Source: Candidatus Omnitrophota bacterium (GTDB taxonomy: Bacteria; Omnitrophota; Gorgyraeia; Duberdicusellales; 4484-171). From it: a stretch of DNA of 64,000 nucleotides. The DNA lies in assembly GCA_021735655.1 (NCBI GenBank), contig JAIPGM010000002.1:258747-322746 (forward strand). The letters run 5' to 3'. Made by a program: the position numbers and the translations under genes. Within the stretch, counting starts at the first letter, position 1. Each line of letters opens with the position of its first letter. The notes below the pieces were generated by a model, which was not told where the DNA came from, did no database searches, and saw only the letters and a program-made list of their open reading frames with translations. Positions 43,427-53,383 of this stretch are shown here, one piece after another.

Positions 43427-44356
43427 CTATTTTCCGATTGTTTTTTCTATTGCCTTAAGCACCTGCTCGGGCTCTATCTCCATCCGCTTGAGCAAAACTT
43501 GATAATTCTGTTTTCTCTGCGCTGACGAAGGCGCCATATATTTATTTTTTTGCAAAACCGAATATTTAGCAGACCAGGGTCCGTATCGAACTGGATCACT
43601 GTGCCCAAAAAGAGCAACTATCGGCAAGTCGAGATAACTAGCCAAATGCATAATGCTTGAATCAACACAAAGAAGCAAATCAACATAATTTTTGAGTAAG
43701 AAATAAACCTCGTTCATTTCAGTTTTGCCAACAAGATCAATCACCCCCGGAAAATATAAAATATCCTTATAAAAATCCCGGTCCTTAGCCACACCAAGAA
43801 TGGCCACTGAATGCTTAGCAATTAATTCGCTAACTACCACTTTTAAATATTCGTAAGGATATTGTTTGAGTTTTTCTCTGGAAGAACAAGCAATAAACAC
43901 GGATTTTTTTAACTTTAAACTCTCTAAATTTTTCTTTTTGGACTCCTCAAGGATAAGCTCACTTTTCAATCTCGCTTCTTTAGGGGCAACTTTAGCAATC
44001 AGACTTAAAACTTCATCTTTTGCATGCATTCCTTTAGGGAATTTGCGCACGAATGATGTGCTTTTTCGAACCCCTAAAGCAACCGGAAGAAAAGTGTTTT
44101 TTAAATCAATCATTAAATCATATTTTCCACGAAGATCTAAAACGAACTTCAATTTTTGACCCCAAGGCCAAAGTTTATTGTAAAGAATAACTTCGTCAAT
44201 AAAATTATTCTCAAGAAGAAAAGTTTTTGTTTTTAAAGACGCAATTGCGGTTATTTTTGAATCAGGGTAATTAGTCTTCAAGCGATCGAGTGCCGGCAAG
44301 CTGACAATCGTATCGCCAAGATTACTAAGAAAATTTATCAGTATACTTTTAACCAC
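43427..44356 (-). CDS. Glycosyltransferase family 9-like protein (divergent)
   Basis: LGDTIVSLPAL at the N-terminus and VDSSIMHLASYLDLPIVALFG at the C-terminus. Confidence 0.75.
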   Translation of the reverse strand: MVKSILINFLSNLGDTIVSLPALDRLKTNYPDSKITAIASLKTKTFLLENNFIDEVILYNKLWPWGQKLKFVLDLRGKYDLMIDLKNTFLPVALGVRKSTSFVRKFPKGMHAKDEVLSLIAKVAPKEARLKSELILEESKKKNLESLKLKKSVFIACSSREKLKQYPYEYLKVVVSELIAKHSVAILGVAKDRDFYKDILYFPGVIDLVGKTEMNEVYFLLKNYVDLLLCVDSSIMHLASYLDLPIVALFGHSDPVRYGPWSAKYSVLQKNKYMAPSSAQRKQNYQVLLKRMEIEPEQVLKAIEKTIGK

Positions 44357-45359
44357 AGGACAATTGTTTGGCCGCAGCAGCTGCGACCTCTTCTACGGTT
44401 ATATTGCTCATACATTTATTATTTAAACAATTAAGATCATAACAAGGAATTTTACAGTCAAAATCTTTTTGGATTATAATAACTTTTCTGCCACGGGGAG
44501 CTGTTAATTCCCTTGCTGTGGGTCCAAAAAGAGCTATCGTTGTAACACCCAAAGAAGCGGCTAAATGCGCCGGACCAGAGTCATTAGAAATAAAAAGTTC
44601 ACTATTTTTTATTAAAGCACCTAACTCCTTAAGGCTGGTTTTACCGCAAAAATCATAAGCCTTAAACTCCATATTTTTTATAACTTCATCGACAATCGAC
44701 CTCTGATCTTTGGCTCCGATAAAAATTATCGCTGCCCTATGCTTCTTGATTAAAAAATCCGCAAGCCTGGAAAAATTTTTGGCTGGCCAACGCTTCAGCT
44801 TCCAATTTGCCGAAGGATTAATCCCAACAATTAAGCTATGTTTTTGTTTTAAAACCTGCAAGGATACGTCTACCTGTTGCTGTGTTTTACGGTCAATAAA
44901 AAAAGTAGGTATTTTTTCGTTAATTACTATATCCTGACTCTCAAAAAGATTCAAATAGTAATCCTGTCGATGAAGAAAACCTTGAGGCACTGAAACCGTT
45001 TTAGTTAAGAAAAATAAATTTTTGAGTCGCTTGTAACCAATTCGCAAGCTAATACCAGACAACCAGCAAATAATGGCCTTAGTTGCTGAGCGATGTATAA
45101 GAAACGCCGTATCAAACTTTTTTTCTTTTAAAAACTTAATAAACCGTAACTTAGCGATCAATCCCTTCTGATTATTTTTCTCATCAAAAACAATAACTTC
45201 GTCAATAAATGGATTATCATCAAAAACGCCTCGCACTCGCTCAGGAACCATTACCCCTAAATAAGAAGAAGGAAATTGGTCCTTAATCGCCTTAAAAACC
45301 GGGGTAGTCATTAACGCGTCACCTAACCAATTAACCGTAACTATCAGTATTCTTTCCAT
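44349..45359 (-). CDS. Glycosyltransferase family 9 (heptosyltransferase II/WaaF-like)
   Basis: ILIVTVNWLGDALMTTPV, KRWP and ISNDSGPAHLAASLGVTTIALFGPT. Confidence 0.85.
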   Translation of the reverse strand: MERILIVTVNWLGDALMTTPVFKAIKDQFPSSYLGVMVPERVRGVFDDNPFIDEVIVFDEKNNQKGLIAKLRFIKFLKEKKFDTAFLIHRSATKAIICWLSGISLRIGYKRLKNLFFLTKTVSVPQGFLHRQDYYLNLFESQDIVINEKIPTFFIDRKTQQQVDVSLQVLKQKHSLIVGINPSANWKLKRWPAKNFSRLADFLIKKHRAAIIFIGAKDQRSIVDEVIKNMEFKAYDFCGKTSLKELGALIKNSELFISNDSGPAHLAASLGVTTIALFGPTARELTAPRGRKVIIIQKDFDCKIPCYDLNCLNNKCMSNITVEEVAAAAAKQLSCG

Positions 45360-45370
45360 TATTGCAATAC

Positions 45371-46135
45371 TTAATAAGGATGCTTGGGTTTTCTAAAAAT
45401 ATCATAAAAACCGCTTAATTTAGCCCAAAGCCTTACTCCGCGATCGCGATCAGTGATTTTAATCCTTCGAAGAGTGAACGGAGTTAACTTTTTAGAAAAA
45501 CCACGATTGGTAGTGCAAGCACATAAATAACCTGCCAATTCAACCTCTTTTAATGTTTGCCGATTATACCCACCAATCGTATAAGAAAAAAATTTAATCG
45601 TTTTCGAAAACAGATCCTCTAAGGCTGCCTTTGAATTTCTAATTTCATAGCTAAGCTCATTCGGCCCTAAACTCGGCAAATAAGCCTCGCTTACTGTATG
45701 AGAACCAATAGTTATTTTAGGATTCTCTAAGGCCTGGGCGATATCAACTCTTGATAGATAGCTCGGACTATTTAACTTATCGACAATAATAAAAAATGTA
45801 GCCGGAAAATTAAATCTTTTCAATACCTCAAAAGCAACCAGATTATCTTTATGCCCGTCGTCAAAAGTTATAACCAATGACTTTTTAGGAACTGGTGCTC
45901 CGGCTCGGCGCAAGCGACAATATTCATCAAGCTCAATCACCCGATAACCATGTCTGTCGATATACTCCATCTGCTTAATAAAATTATCCGGAGCAACAGC
46001 CGCATAGTTATCTATCCTTTCTGGGTCAAGTGAATGATACATAAAAATCGGAGTTTCGTAGTTACGATTAAGATACCAAAAAAACGAAAAGAAGATAATC
46101 CATACAATTAACAAAGGAATAAAAATCTTTTTCAT
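45371..46135 (-). CDS. Polysaccharide deacetylase family protein (CE4)
   Basis: An N-terminal TM helix, then the LVITFDDGHKDN motif and later H residues typical of the NodB fold. Confidence 0.8.
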   Translation of the reverse strand: MKKIFIPLLIVWIIFFSFFWYLNRNYETPIFMYHSLDPERIDNYAAVAPDNFIKQMEYIDRHGYRVIELDEYCRLRRAGAPVPKKSLVITFDDGHKDNLVAFEVLKRFNFPATFFIIVDKLNSPSYLSRVDIAQALENPKITIGSHTVSEAYLPSLGPNELSYEIRNSKAALEDLFSKTIKFFSYTIGGYNRQTLKEVELAGYLCACTTNRGFSKKLTPFTLRRIKITDRDRGVRLWAKLSGFYDIFRKPKHPY

Positions 46136-47205
46136 TGCCCAGCCTCCTGATATACTTTTACGGTTTCAGAAACCATACGTTGCAAGGAAAAATTAAAAAC
46201 GTCCCTATAGGCCTGTTCAACGATTCTCTCTCTCAATTCTTTACCCGAAATAACTTCCTCAATCGCCGAAGCTAAAGCAAAAGGTTTATAGTCATAAAAT
46301 AAAATTCCATTTTCACCGTTCCTAATAATTTCTGATATTCCTCCAGTATTGTAGCCAACTACCGGAACCTTTTTAGCAAAAGCTTCAACCACTGAATAAC
46401 CAAAACCTTCTTTTATCGAAGGAGCAATCAATAAATCTACCAGGTCAAGAAACTCCTCGGAAGTAGTTTGAATAAACTTTACATTGCGATTAAGCTCACT
46501 AGCCTCTATCGCCTCTTTTAATTCGTCTTTTAATTTACCTTCACCAGACACTAAAAGATAGGCATCCTTATGCCGGGGAAGTAATTTTTTCATTGCTTCA
46601 AGAGCTAAAAAATGTCCTTTCTCTTGAGATATTCTACCAAGAATCCCAATTAGATAATCTCCGGATCCAAACCCATACTGCTTACGATTGATAACCTTAG
46701 GAGAAAACTCTTCGGCGTCAATACCATTATAAACCACCCGAATCTTTTTTTCACTAATCCCTAAATCATCAACTAAGTGATGCTTTACTTTTTTACTAAC
46801 AGCAATTGACAGAACTCCCGAAAACGAAAATAATTTTCGAAACAACCCCGGCTTATAGAACCCGTGGAATGCACAAATGTAAGGAACCTGATATCTTTTC
46901 TGAATCAAAGCTCCAAGGCTTTGAGTCGCCCGAGTATTAGCATGAATTAGATCAATTTTAGTTTTACGGATTAATCTTTTCAAAACAAAACAAGAAAACA
47001 ATATTTTAAAACTAAAAATAGCCTTTGTTTTTATTGGAATATATTTATGTACTATGCCAACTTTCACTAATTCCGGAACCCAACTCCCACCGCTTGAAGC
47101 CACGAAAACCGTATGTCCTTGTTTAACCAATCCTTTAGCTAAATTTAAAACATAGCGAGAAACTCCACCGGGATTTAGATGGGTCGCTAAAATCAGAATA
47201 TTCAT
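46132..47205 (-). CDS. Glycosyltransferase family 4
   Basis: 357 aa with the N-terminal GGV motif (PGGVSRYV) and the C-terminal EGFGYSVVEAFA...P.V....GG..E motif. Confidence 0.85.
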   Translation of the reverse strand: MNILILATHLNPGGVSRYVLNLAKGLVKQGHTVFVASSGGSWVPELVKVGIVHKYIPIKTKAIFSFKILFSCFVLKRLIRKTKIDLIHANTRATQSLGALIQKRYQVPYICAFHGFYKPGLFRKLFSFSGVLSIAVSKKVKHHLVDDLGISEKKIRVVYNGIDAEEFSPKVINRKQYGFGSGDYLIGILGRISQEKGHFLALEAMKKLLPRHKDAYLLVSGEGKLKDELKEAIEASELNRNVKFIQTTSEEFLDLVDLLIAPSIKEGFGYSVVEAFAKKVPVVGYNTGGISEIIRNGENGILFYDYKPFALASAIEEVISGKELRERIVEQAYRDVFNFSLQRMVSETVKVYQEAGQ

Positions 47206-49259
47206 TACTTAAACAAGCTCCTAAGCTTATTAAATACTTCCTGCGGTGTTATTTTTTCTAAACAAAGTGAACTTTCAGAAAATTTACATTTTGGTTTATA
47301 GCAAAAGGAACAAGGTAATTTTTGACAGAAAGTACTAAGGTTACTAGCCTCCACAGTATGCCGACTAGGGTCAGTTGGTCCAAAAAGAGCAACCACTGGT
47401 ATTCCGATAGCCATCGCTAGATGAAGAGTTGCTGTGTCGGGGGTGATAAAGACTTTAAGCCTACGCAAGGCTTGAGCTAAACCGCCAAGAGTAGTTTTGC
47501 CGCAAAGGCTGATTGGCGGAATTTTCAAAGCAGCTTCAATCTCGGTGGCTAGTTTCTTAGACTGTTCTTCACCGAAAAGCAGAACTTTAGTTCCTGGTAA
47601 ATTTTTTTGAATCAATTCAATTAACCTAACAATATGTCTAGCCGGCCAATTCTTTGAAACCCAACGTGAAGAGGCCGCTATATTGATTCCAATAAGATTA
47701 GCCTCGGGTAAATTAACCTCAGCTCGATTGTTAGTTTCCCAAAAAATTAACTTTTTTTCTTTAAGCCTTACGCCCAATAATTCTAAAATTGACTCTTGAG
47801 AGCTAAGCGGATCTAAGTTACGTTTACAAGTTATTCGATTGGAGAGCAACTTACCCCAACGAAGACTATAGCCAAATGAGTAGCGTCCAAAACTTAAAAA
47901 AGAAATTAAATGCGAAGCATGATTATTCTGAAAATCAATTATATAATCAAAACTCTCGCGACGTAAATTCTTTGAAAGCTTACAAAGATTAGTAAATTTC
48001 TTATAATTATCCTCCACGGTAATAATCTTATCGACATAAGGGCACCCGTCTAATAAGGAATAATACTTCCTTGAAGTCAAAAGAGAAATTTTAGCCTTCG
48101 GGTAGGCTTGACGAATCGCTTTAAGCGAAGGGAAACTTAAAATAAGATCACCCAAAGAAGAAATTTTAACTACTAAAATATTTAAACCGCTAATCGTGGA
48201 CTCATAAACTTTTTTGGTCTCATCTAAACATTGCTCTGAAGCATAAAACCGTTCTACCTTCCTGCGTGCGCACTCAGTAAGCCTTTGGGCATATTGCGGA
48301 TCCTTCACTAGTTGTAAAATAGCTTGGCCTATTGCTTCAGAGTTTTTAGGTTCAACCAAAATACCATCTTTACCCTGTTCAATTATCTCCTTGAATCCTC
48401 CAAGGTTGCTTGCAATTACCGGAACTCCACAAGCAAAAGCCTCAATCACCACCCGGCCAAATGACTCCTCAATTACTGAAGGTGCAATCAGGACTCGTGC
48501 TTTACTCAAAGCATCTTCGATATCTTTCTTAAAACCAATAAACTCAACATTGTAATTTAAAGAAAAACGGCTTACCAAACTTTTCAAATAATCCAAATAT
48601 CTTAGCTTAGATTTATCGGCCGAACCTATTATTTTTAACTTAAAATAAGGATTAAATCGCACCACTCGCCTAAAACCCTCTATCAAATATTCATAACCCT
48701 TAGTCGATGAAATACGCCCAATACTAACAATCAAATTACTTTGAGCTCTACTCTGATAATCACAAAAGTTAAACTTAGCTAAATCTACCCAACGTGGTAT
48801 AACTTTAATCTTCTCGTCACTAACCCCAAACTGTTCCTTCATATGGCGAGCAACTACTTTGGAAGGACAAATAACATATTTACCCCAGCCCATAACATCA
48901 CTAGACAAAGGGCTTTTGTAAACACCGTGAGCCGTGGTAATAAAGTGGGTCTGAGTTGTCCGTGTTGCAAAAAAGCTTATCCAGGCTGGCACGCGGCTTC
49001 GAGCATGAACAATATCAATATTTTCTTTACGAATAATCTCTCTTAATTTTCGTATATAGAGCAAACTAAAGATAGATTTCCTATGCACTGGTAGTTTATA
49101 GTGAGTAATACCTTGCTTTTCTAGCTCCTCAACGAGTCTCCCTCCGGAGCTAACCACAATATTGTCCACCCCGCGGTCCTTAAAATATTTTACTAAATCG
49201 ATCACTCCCCGCTCGATACCACCAATATTCATAGCTGGAAGAATCTGCATTATGCGCAT
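47205..49259 (-). CDS. Bifunctional GT4-GT9 glycosyltransferase fusion (684 aa)
   Basis: Residues 1-~355 are GT4 (IGGIERGV; ESFGRVVIEAFACGVPVIASNLGGFKEII). Residues ~360-684 are GT9 (ILVVKISSLGDLILSFPS; WPARH; TPDTATLHLAMAIGIPVVALFGPT). Confidence 0.8.
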   Translation of the reverse strand: MRIMQILPAMNIGGIERGVIDLVKYFKDRGVDNIVVSSGGRLVEELEKQGITHYKLPVHRKSIFSLLYIRKLREIIRKENIDIVHARSRVPAWISFFATRTTQTHFITTAHGVYKSPLSSDVMGWGKYVICPSKVVARHMKEQFGVSDEKIKVIPRWVDLAKFNFCDYQSRAQSNLIVSIGRISSTKGYEYLIEGFRRVVRFNPYFKLKIIGSADKSKLRYLDYLKSLVSRFSLNYNVEFIGFKKDIEDALSKARVLIAPSVIEESFGRVVIEAFACGVPVIASNLGGFKEIIEQGKDGILVEPKNSEAIGQAILQLVKDPQYAQRLTECARRKVERFYASEQCLDETKKVYESTISGLNILVVKISSLGDLILSFPSLKAIRQAYPKAKISLLTSRKYYSLLDGCPYVDKIITVEDNYKKFTNLCKLSKNLRRESFDYIIDFQNNHASHLISFLSFGRYSFGYSLRWGKLLSNRITCKRNLDPLSSQESILELLGVRLKEKKLIFWETNNRAEVNLPEANLIGINIAASSRWVSKNWPARHIVRLIELIQKNLPGTKVLLFGEEQSKKLATEIEAALKIPPISLCGKTTLGGLAQALRRLKVFITPDTATLHLAMAIGIPVVALFGPTDPSRHTVEASNLSTFCQKLPCSFCYKPKCKFSESSLCLEKITPQEVFNKLRSLFK

Positions 49260-51064
49260 TAAATTAACTCCTTTAAAGCAAAGGCTAGCTTCTCTTTATT
49301 CTTTAAAAACATATTCGAAGAGCGCAAGGTTATTGATTCTAAGTCATAGGGTGGCTTGAGAAAATTAATCTCATCCTTTATCGAATCTAAAAACACTTTA
49401 TGCTTATCATCTTCAATGCCCAGCCAAACACAAACAGTAAACGGATTAATTGAAACACTTTCTGATATCATTGAAATACTATCATTGGATACAAAAGCAA
49501 TATCCGCTAAAGCATTAAAACCTTCAAAAACAAAATCGAAATTAGCTTGACTTGCCCTGACCCAAGCCTCGGTGTGAGAAAAATGATTAAACTCTTGCTG
49601 TAGATATTCCTCAACCTCCTTAGGCGTACGCCGTGAGCTACTTAAAATGATTTTATAATTATTTTTCTCAGCAAATATTTTCAATCCAAACACGAAAGAC
49701 CTTAAGTTTGTAAAAAACTCTTTTCCGTCTAACAATGGTCCACCGACAAAAAAAGAAATCTTTTTTTCTTCACTTAGTTGAAAAATACTTTTACATTTAT
49801 TAATTTTATCAGTTAAATTTTCAGGATAGCAAAGTGCTCCTTTAATTGACACTGCTTGTGGGCTACGAATTCGATCATGTTCAGGAATAACTGCTAAATC
49901 AAATTTTCGCAATGGCACGTTGGGACGTAAAATAACCGCTGACCTTGCACCTAGATATGAAGCCAGTAACTTATTAACTGGAGCAACAATGCTTCCAGTG
50001 CTTATTACAATATCCATGCAAACGCTATCTAAAGCCTGCCAGCTCTTTTTATCAACCAACAACGAAAGCAACCTTCCGGCAAAAACCATATTTGATCCGA
50101 TACAAGTTGCTAAGATATCGGCAATAAATCTATGCACTTGGCTACGGTAAGTAATTTTAATCACTTGGCTACGTACCGGGTTTTCTCCTTCTTCCAATAT
50201 TTTAAGTAAAGCTTTGGACTGCTTAAGGTGACCAATCTTACCATCGCTTAAAATTACAACATCGCGATTTATCTTGCGCTTGAAGCGTTTATAATACCAA
50301 AAATATTCCCAGGGGTACTTTCTCAAATAATTTTCATAAATCTTATATAAAGATCTCAGAACTTCCTTATCGTCCCTACCAACAACATCAATCGGCTTTC
50401 CAATCTCGCTTACATGATAAAAACGTTCCTTGCGATAACAAAAATCAGGAAATATTTTTTTATTAAACTTTTTAGCTAAATATACCGACCCCCTCGGGGT
50501 AGGAACTAAATGAGAAAAAAACTCAACTACCGGTGCATCTTTTTCAGCGCCATGATCAATAACTATGCCGATTAAATTCTTCTGCTTTAAATAGCGAATT
50601 AATTCCTTTAGGGAAAAAACTACATTGATTTTACCGTCCTGACGTACTTCATTTAAAAAACGGTCCAGCTCTTTATTTTTTTGTTGCTTGGCGAAAACAG
50701 CAAAAGTATGCTTATGAGCGAACAAAGATATTGCTGTCTCCCAATTTCCGGCATGGATTCCGACAAAGATACCACCATCAGCAGTAAGGTTTTCCTCTCC
50801 TTTTATCGTCACATAAGGATATATCCTAGAAGCAATAAGATTTTCAATAACATCTAAAGCTAAATAACAAAAACTCCGCTTAAGAATTGAATGTACCTCT
50901 GAATAAGATTTCTCAGGAAAGGCTAATTTTATGTTTCTAAAAGCTACCCGCCGCTTGCGTGGATGGTAATAAAACCCAAGTCCGATCGTTTTTCCTAAAA
51001 ACCAAATAATCCAAAGTGGCGTTTTTAATAATATTTTTTGCAGCTGCTTACAAAAACGATACAT
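49259..51064 (-). CDS. LpxL/HtrB-type lipid A late acyltransferase fused to an ELM1/DUF1022-like domain (601 aa)
   Basis: The N-terminal ~270 aa carries the HAGNWE catalytic motif of the LpxL family. The C-terminal ~330 aa starts with VVILSDGKIGHLKQSKAL, as in ELM1-family putative glycosyltransferases. Confidence 0.7.
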   Translation of the reverse strand: MYRFCKQLQKILLKTPLWIIWFLGKTIGLGFYYHPRKRRVAFRNIKLAFPEKSYSEVHSILKRSFCYLALDVIENLIASRIYPYVTIKGEENLTADGGIFVGIHAGNWETAISLFAHKHTFAVFAKQQKNKELDRFLNEVRQDGKINVVFSLKELIRYLKQKNLIGIVIDHGAEKDAPVVEFFSHLVPTPRGSVYLAKKFNKKIFPDFCYRKERFYHVSEIGKPIDVVGRDDKEVLRSLYKIYENYLRKYPWEYFWYYKRFKRKINRDVVILSDGKIGHLKQSKALLKILEEGENPVRSQVIKITYRSQVHRFIADILATCIGSNMVFAGRLLSLLVDKKSWQALDSVCMDIVISTGSIVAPVNKLLASYLGARSAVILRPNVPLRKFDLAVIPEHDRIRSPQAVSIKGALCYPENLTDKINKCKSIFQLSEEKKISFFVGGPLLDGKEFFTNLRSFVFGLKIFAEKNNYKIILSSSRRTPKEVEEYLQQEFNHFSHTEAWVRASQANFDFVFEGFNALADIAFVSNDSISMISESVSINPFTVCVWLGIEDDKHKVFLDSIKDEINFLKPPYDLESITLRSSNMFLKNKEKLAFALKELI

Positions 51065-51066
51065 AA

Positions 51067-52086
51067 CTACTCACCCTTGCCAATAACCTTCGACCTTACC
51101 TCAGCCAAAAATTCAAGTTCATTCTCAATTTGCAGTTCTATTTCCATAACAATAATATTAAGCTTACAACTCATAGCCGGAAGATGATATCTATCCTTAC
51201 TGGTAATTATTAAGTCATGAATATCTTGCGACAATAAATCAGTTTCAATCTTTTTATATTCTAAATCCGAAAGCTCATGATGATCCGGATAGATAATTTC
51301 AGATACAAGATTCAACCCCGACTCTTTTAACTTATTAAGAAAACCTTGTGGATATCCAATCGCCGTAAAAACTGCTACCCTTTTATTTTGAAGTTTTTTA
51401 GTCTCAATTACTTTCGAACTTAAATCGATAAATTGCCCGAGTCTATAATTAGAAAAATACAAAGAACTGTTACCTGTCAACCGCTTGATTTCTGATATAA
51501 TTTTGTCGCGATCGGAAATCTCATCCGCATAGTTAATAAGCACCAAATCTGCTCTCTTTAGGGAACTCCAAGGTTCCCTAAAAAAATCTGCTGGGATTAG
51601 CTGCCGGCTTCGTGAAAACTCCCTGGCCCCGATAACAACAAGATTAAGCTCCCTTTTTAATCTACGATACTGAAATCCATCATCAAGGATCAGAATCTCA
51701 AATCGAGAACCTAACTCTTTTGCTAGGCGACACCTGTCGGGGCTTGAGTATACATTTTGAGATATCTCTTTGAGCAGCAACTCTTCGTCCCGACCGTAGC
51801 CGCGACGCAATATCGCAACTTTAAATTCAACCGATAGTCTTTCGTTCAGCCAAATCGCTAAAGAAGTTTTTCCTGAACCTGCCCAAGAAATATTACCGAT
51901 ACTAATAACTTTTGCCTGCGACCGATAAGAACTAAACATATTGTGGTCGTAGAAAAAATTACGTAAGCCTACTACAGCTCCATAAACCCAAGAAAGTATC
52001 TCCAAAAACCAATGAAAAACTATTTCCGCTGCGTTTTTTTTATCTTTTTCTAAAAAGCTCAAATAAAGCTGTTTTAATTTAAACAT
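51067..52086 (-). CDS. lpxK: Tetraacyldisaccharide 4'-kinase
   Basis: 339 aa with the P-loop ISIGNISWAGSGKTS and the RGYG motif, next to waaA. Confidence 0.85.
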   Translation of the reverse strand: MFKLKQLYLSFLEKDKKNAAEIVFHWFLEILSWVYGAVVGLRNFFYDHNMFSSYRSQAKVISIGNISWAGSGKTSLAIWLNERLSVEFKVAILRRGYGRDEELLLKEISQNVYSSPDRCRLAKELGSRFEILILDDGFQYRRLKRELNLVVIGAREFSRSRQLIPADFFREPWSSLKRADLVLINYADEISDRDKIISEIKRLTGNSSLYFSNYRLGQFIDLSSKVIETKKLQNKRVAVFTAIGYPQGFLNKLKESGLNLVSEIIYPDHHELSDLEYKKIETDLLSQDIHDLIITSKDRYHLPAMSCKLNIIVMEIELQIENELEFLAEVRSKVIGKGE

Positions 52087-53383
52087 TGCCTTTATTTAGT
52101 GCTAACGACTGTAAAACTATTTTTAAATTTTTATCTAAGCTTTGTCGCTCTTGCTGAAAAACCTCATGACAACGACTGCTTAAATTCTTACGTAATGCTT
52201 CATCCTTAACTAACCTTAAGAGAACCTGTCTTAATTGCTCCTTATCCTCTACTTTAATTCCAGCCCCCTTTTCCAAAACAACTTCTTCAACATCGAGAAA
52301 GTTATCCATATGACAGCCAAAGATAGTCGGCTTCTCGAGGTAAATCGGCTCCAGGATATTGTGTCCTCCATCGGGAGATAAACTCCCGCCAACAAAACAA
52401 ATATCAGCAAGACCGTAAAAATAAAATAGTTCACCTATTGTATCTAGAATAAAAACTGGATTTTTGCTCTTGTTTGCGCCCTGCAAAAAGCAATTAGAGA
52501 TTTGACTTACCTTGAAGGGTTCAAAACCTTTAAAACGAGCCAACTTTTCAACAGCTGCCACTCGTTCAGGATGCCGCGGAGCAATCAAAAACCGGAAATT
52601 ACCCGACGGCTCAACAACATCTTTATATACCTCTAACAAAATCTCTTCTTCCCCGGGATGAGTACAACCAGCAACAAAAAGAAGTTTATCACTGCCCTTG
52701 AGAATTGGCTCATAAACTTTTTTGATGTTGGCGGAAACCTTTTGATCAATCGAAATGCTTTCAAATTTCATATTTCCACTAACCACTATCTTACCTTCAT
52801 CGGCTCCCAAAAAACAAAAACGCTCTTTATACATTTCATTTTGAACCGCTATGTAACTACACTTATTAATTACCACCTTAAGTACCGACCGAATTAGCTT
52901 ATAGCGCTTAAAGGCCTTATCGGAAATCCTCCCGTTAATAATCAGAATTGGTATTTTACGAGCTGCCAGCTGAAAAAAAAGGTTTGGCCAAATTTCAGTT
53001 TCAACGGCAATAAAAACCTTTGGCCGGAACACCTTTATGAAATGCTTAATAACAATAGAAAGGTCTAAAGGAAAAAAGACTACTTGAGCGCAATCAGAAT
53101 ATTTATTTTTCGCTATTCTGTTTCCGGTTAAGGTCGTAGTTGATATGATAATTTGATTATCGTAATATTCCCTTATTTTTTGAATTAAACTTCCAATTAC
53201 ATTTGCCTCGCCAACACTAACTACCTGTATCCAGATAGCTTCTCCGGAAGCTAAATTCTTTACTAATCCAAATTTCTGGCAAAAAGCTGAAAAATTTATT
53301 TTCTTACGCCAAATATAAACCGGAAGATAAATAATAAAACCTAGAAAAAAAATACAATCATAAAGTAAAAGTAGTACCTTCAT
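52079..53383 (-). CDS. waaA: 3-deoxy-D-manno-octulosonic acid (Kdo) transferase
   Basis: 434 aa. An N-terminal TM helix, the VSVGE motif, APRHPER and a C-terminal GGHN.LEP motif. Confidence 0.85.
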   Translation of the reverse strand: MKVLLLLYDCIFFLGFIIYLPVYIWRKKINFSAFCQKFGLVKNLASGEAIWIQVVSVGEANVIGSLIQKIREYYDNQIIISTTTLTGNRIAKNKYSDCAQVVFFPLDLSIVIKHFIKVFRPKVFIAVETEIWPNLFFQLAARKIPILIINGRISDKAFKRYKLIRSVLKVVINKCSYIAVQNEMYKERFCFLGADEGKIVVSGNMKFESISIDQKVSANIKKVYEPILKGSDKLLFVAGCTHPGEEEILLEVYKDVVEPSGNFRFLIAPRHPERVAAVEKLARFKGFEPFKVSQISNCFLQGANKSKNPVFILDTIGELFYFYGLADICFVGGSLSPDGGHNILEPIYLEKPTIFGCHMDNFLDVEEVVLEKGAGIKVEDKEQLRQVLLRLVKDEALRKNLSSRCHEVFQQERQSLDKNLKIVLQSLALNKGNV

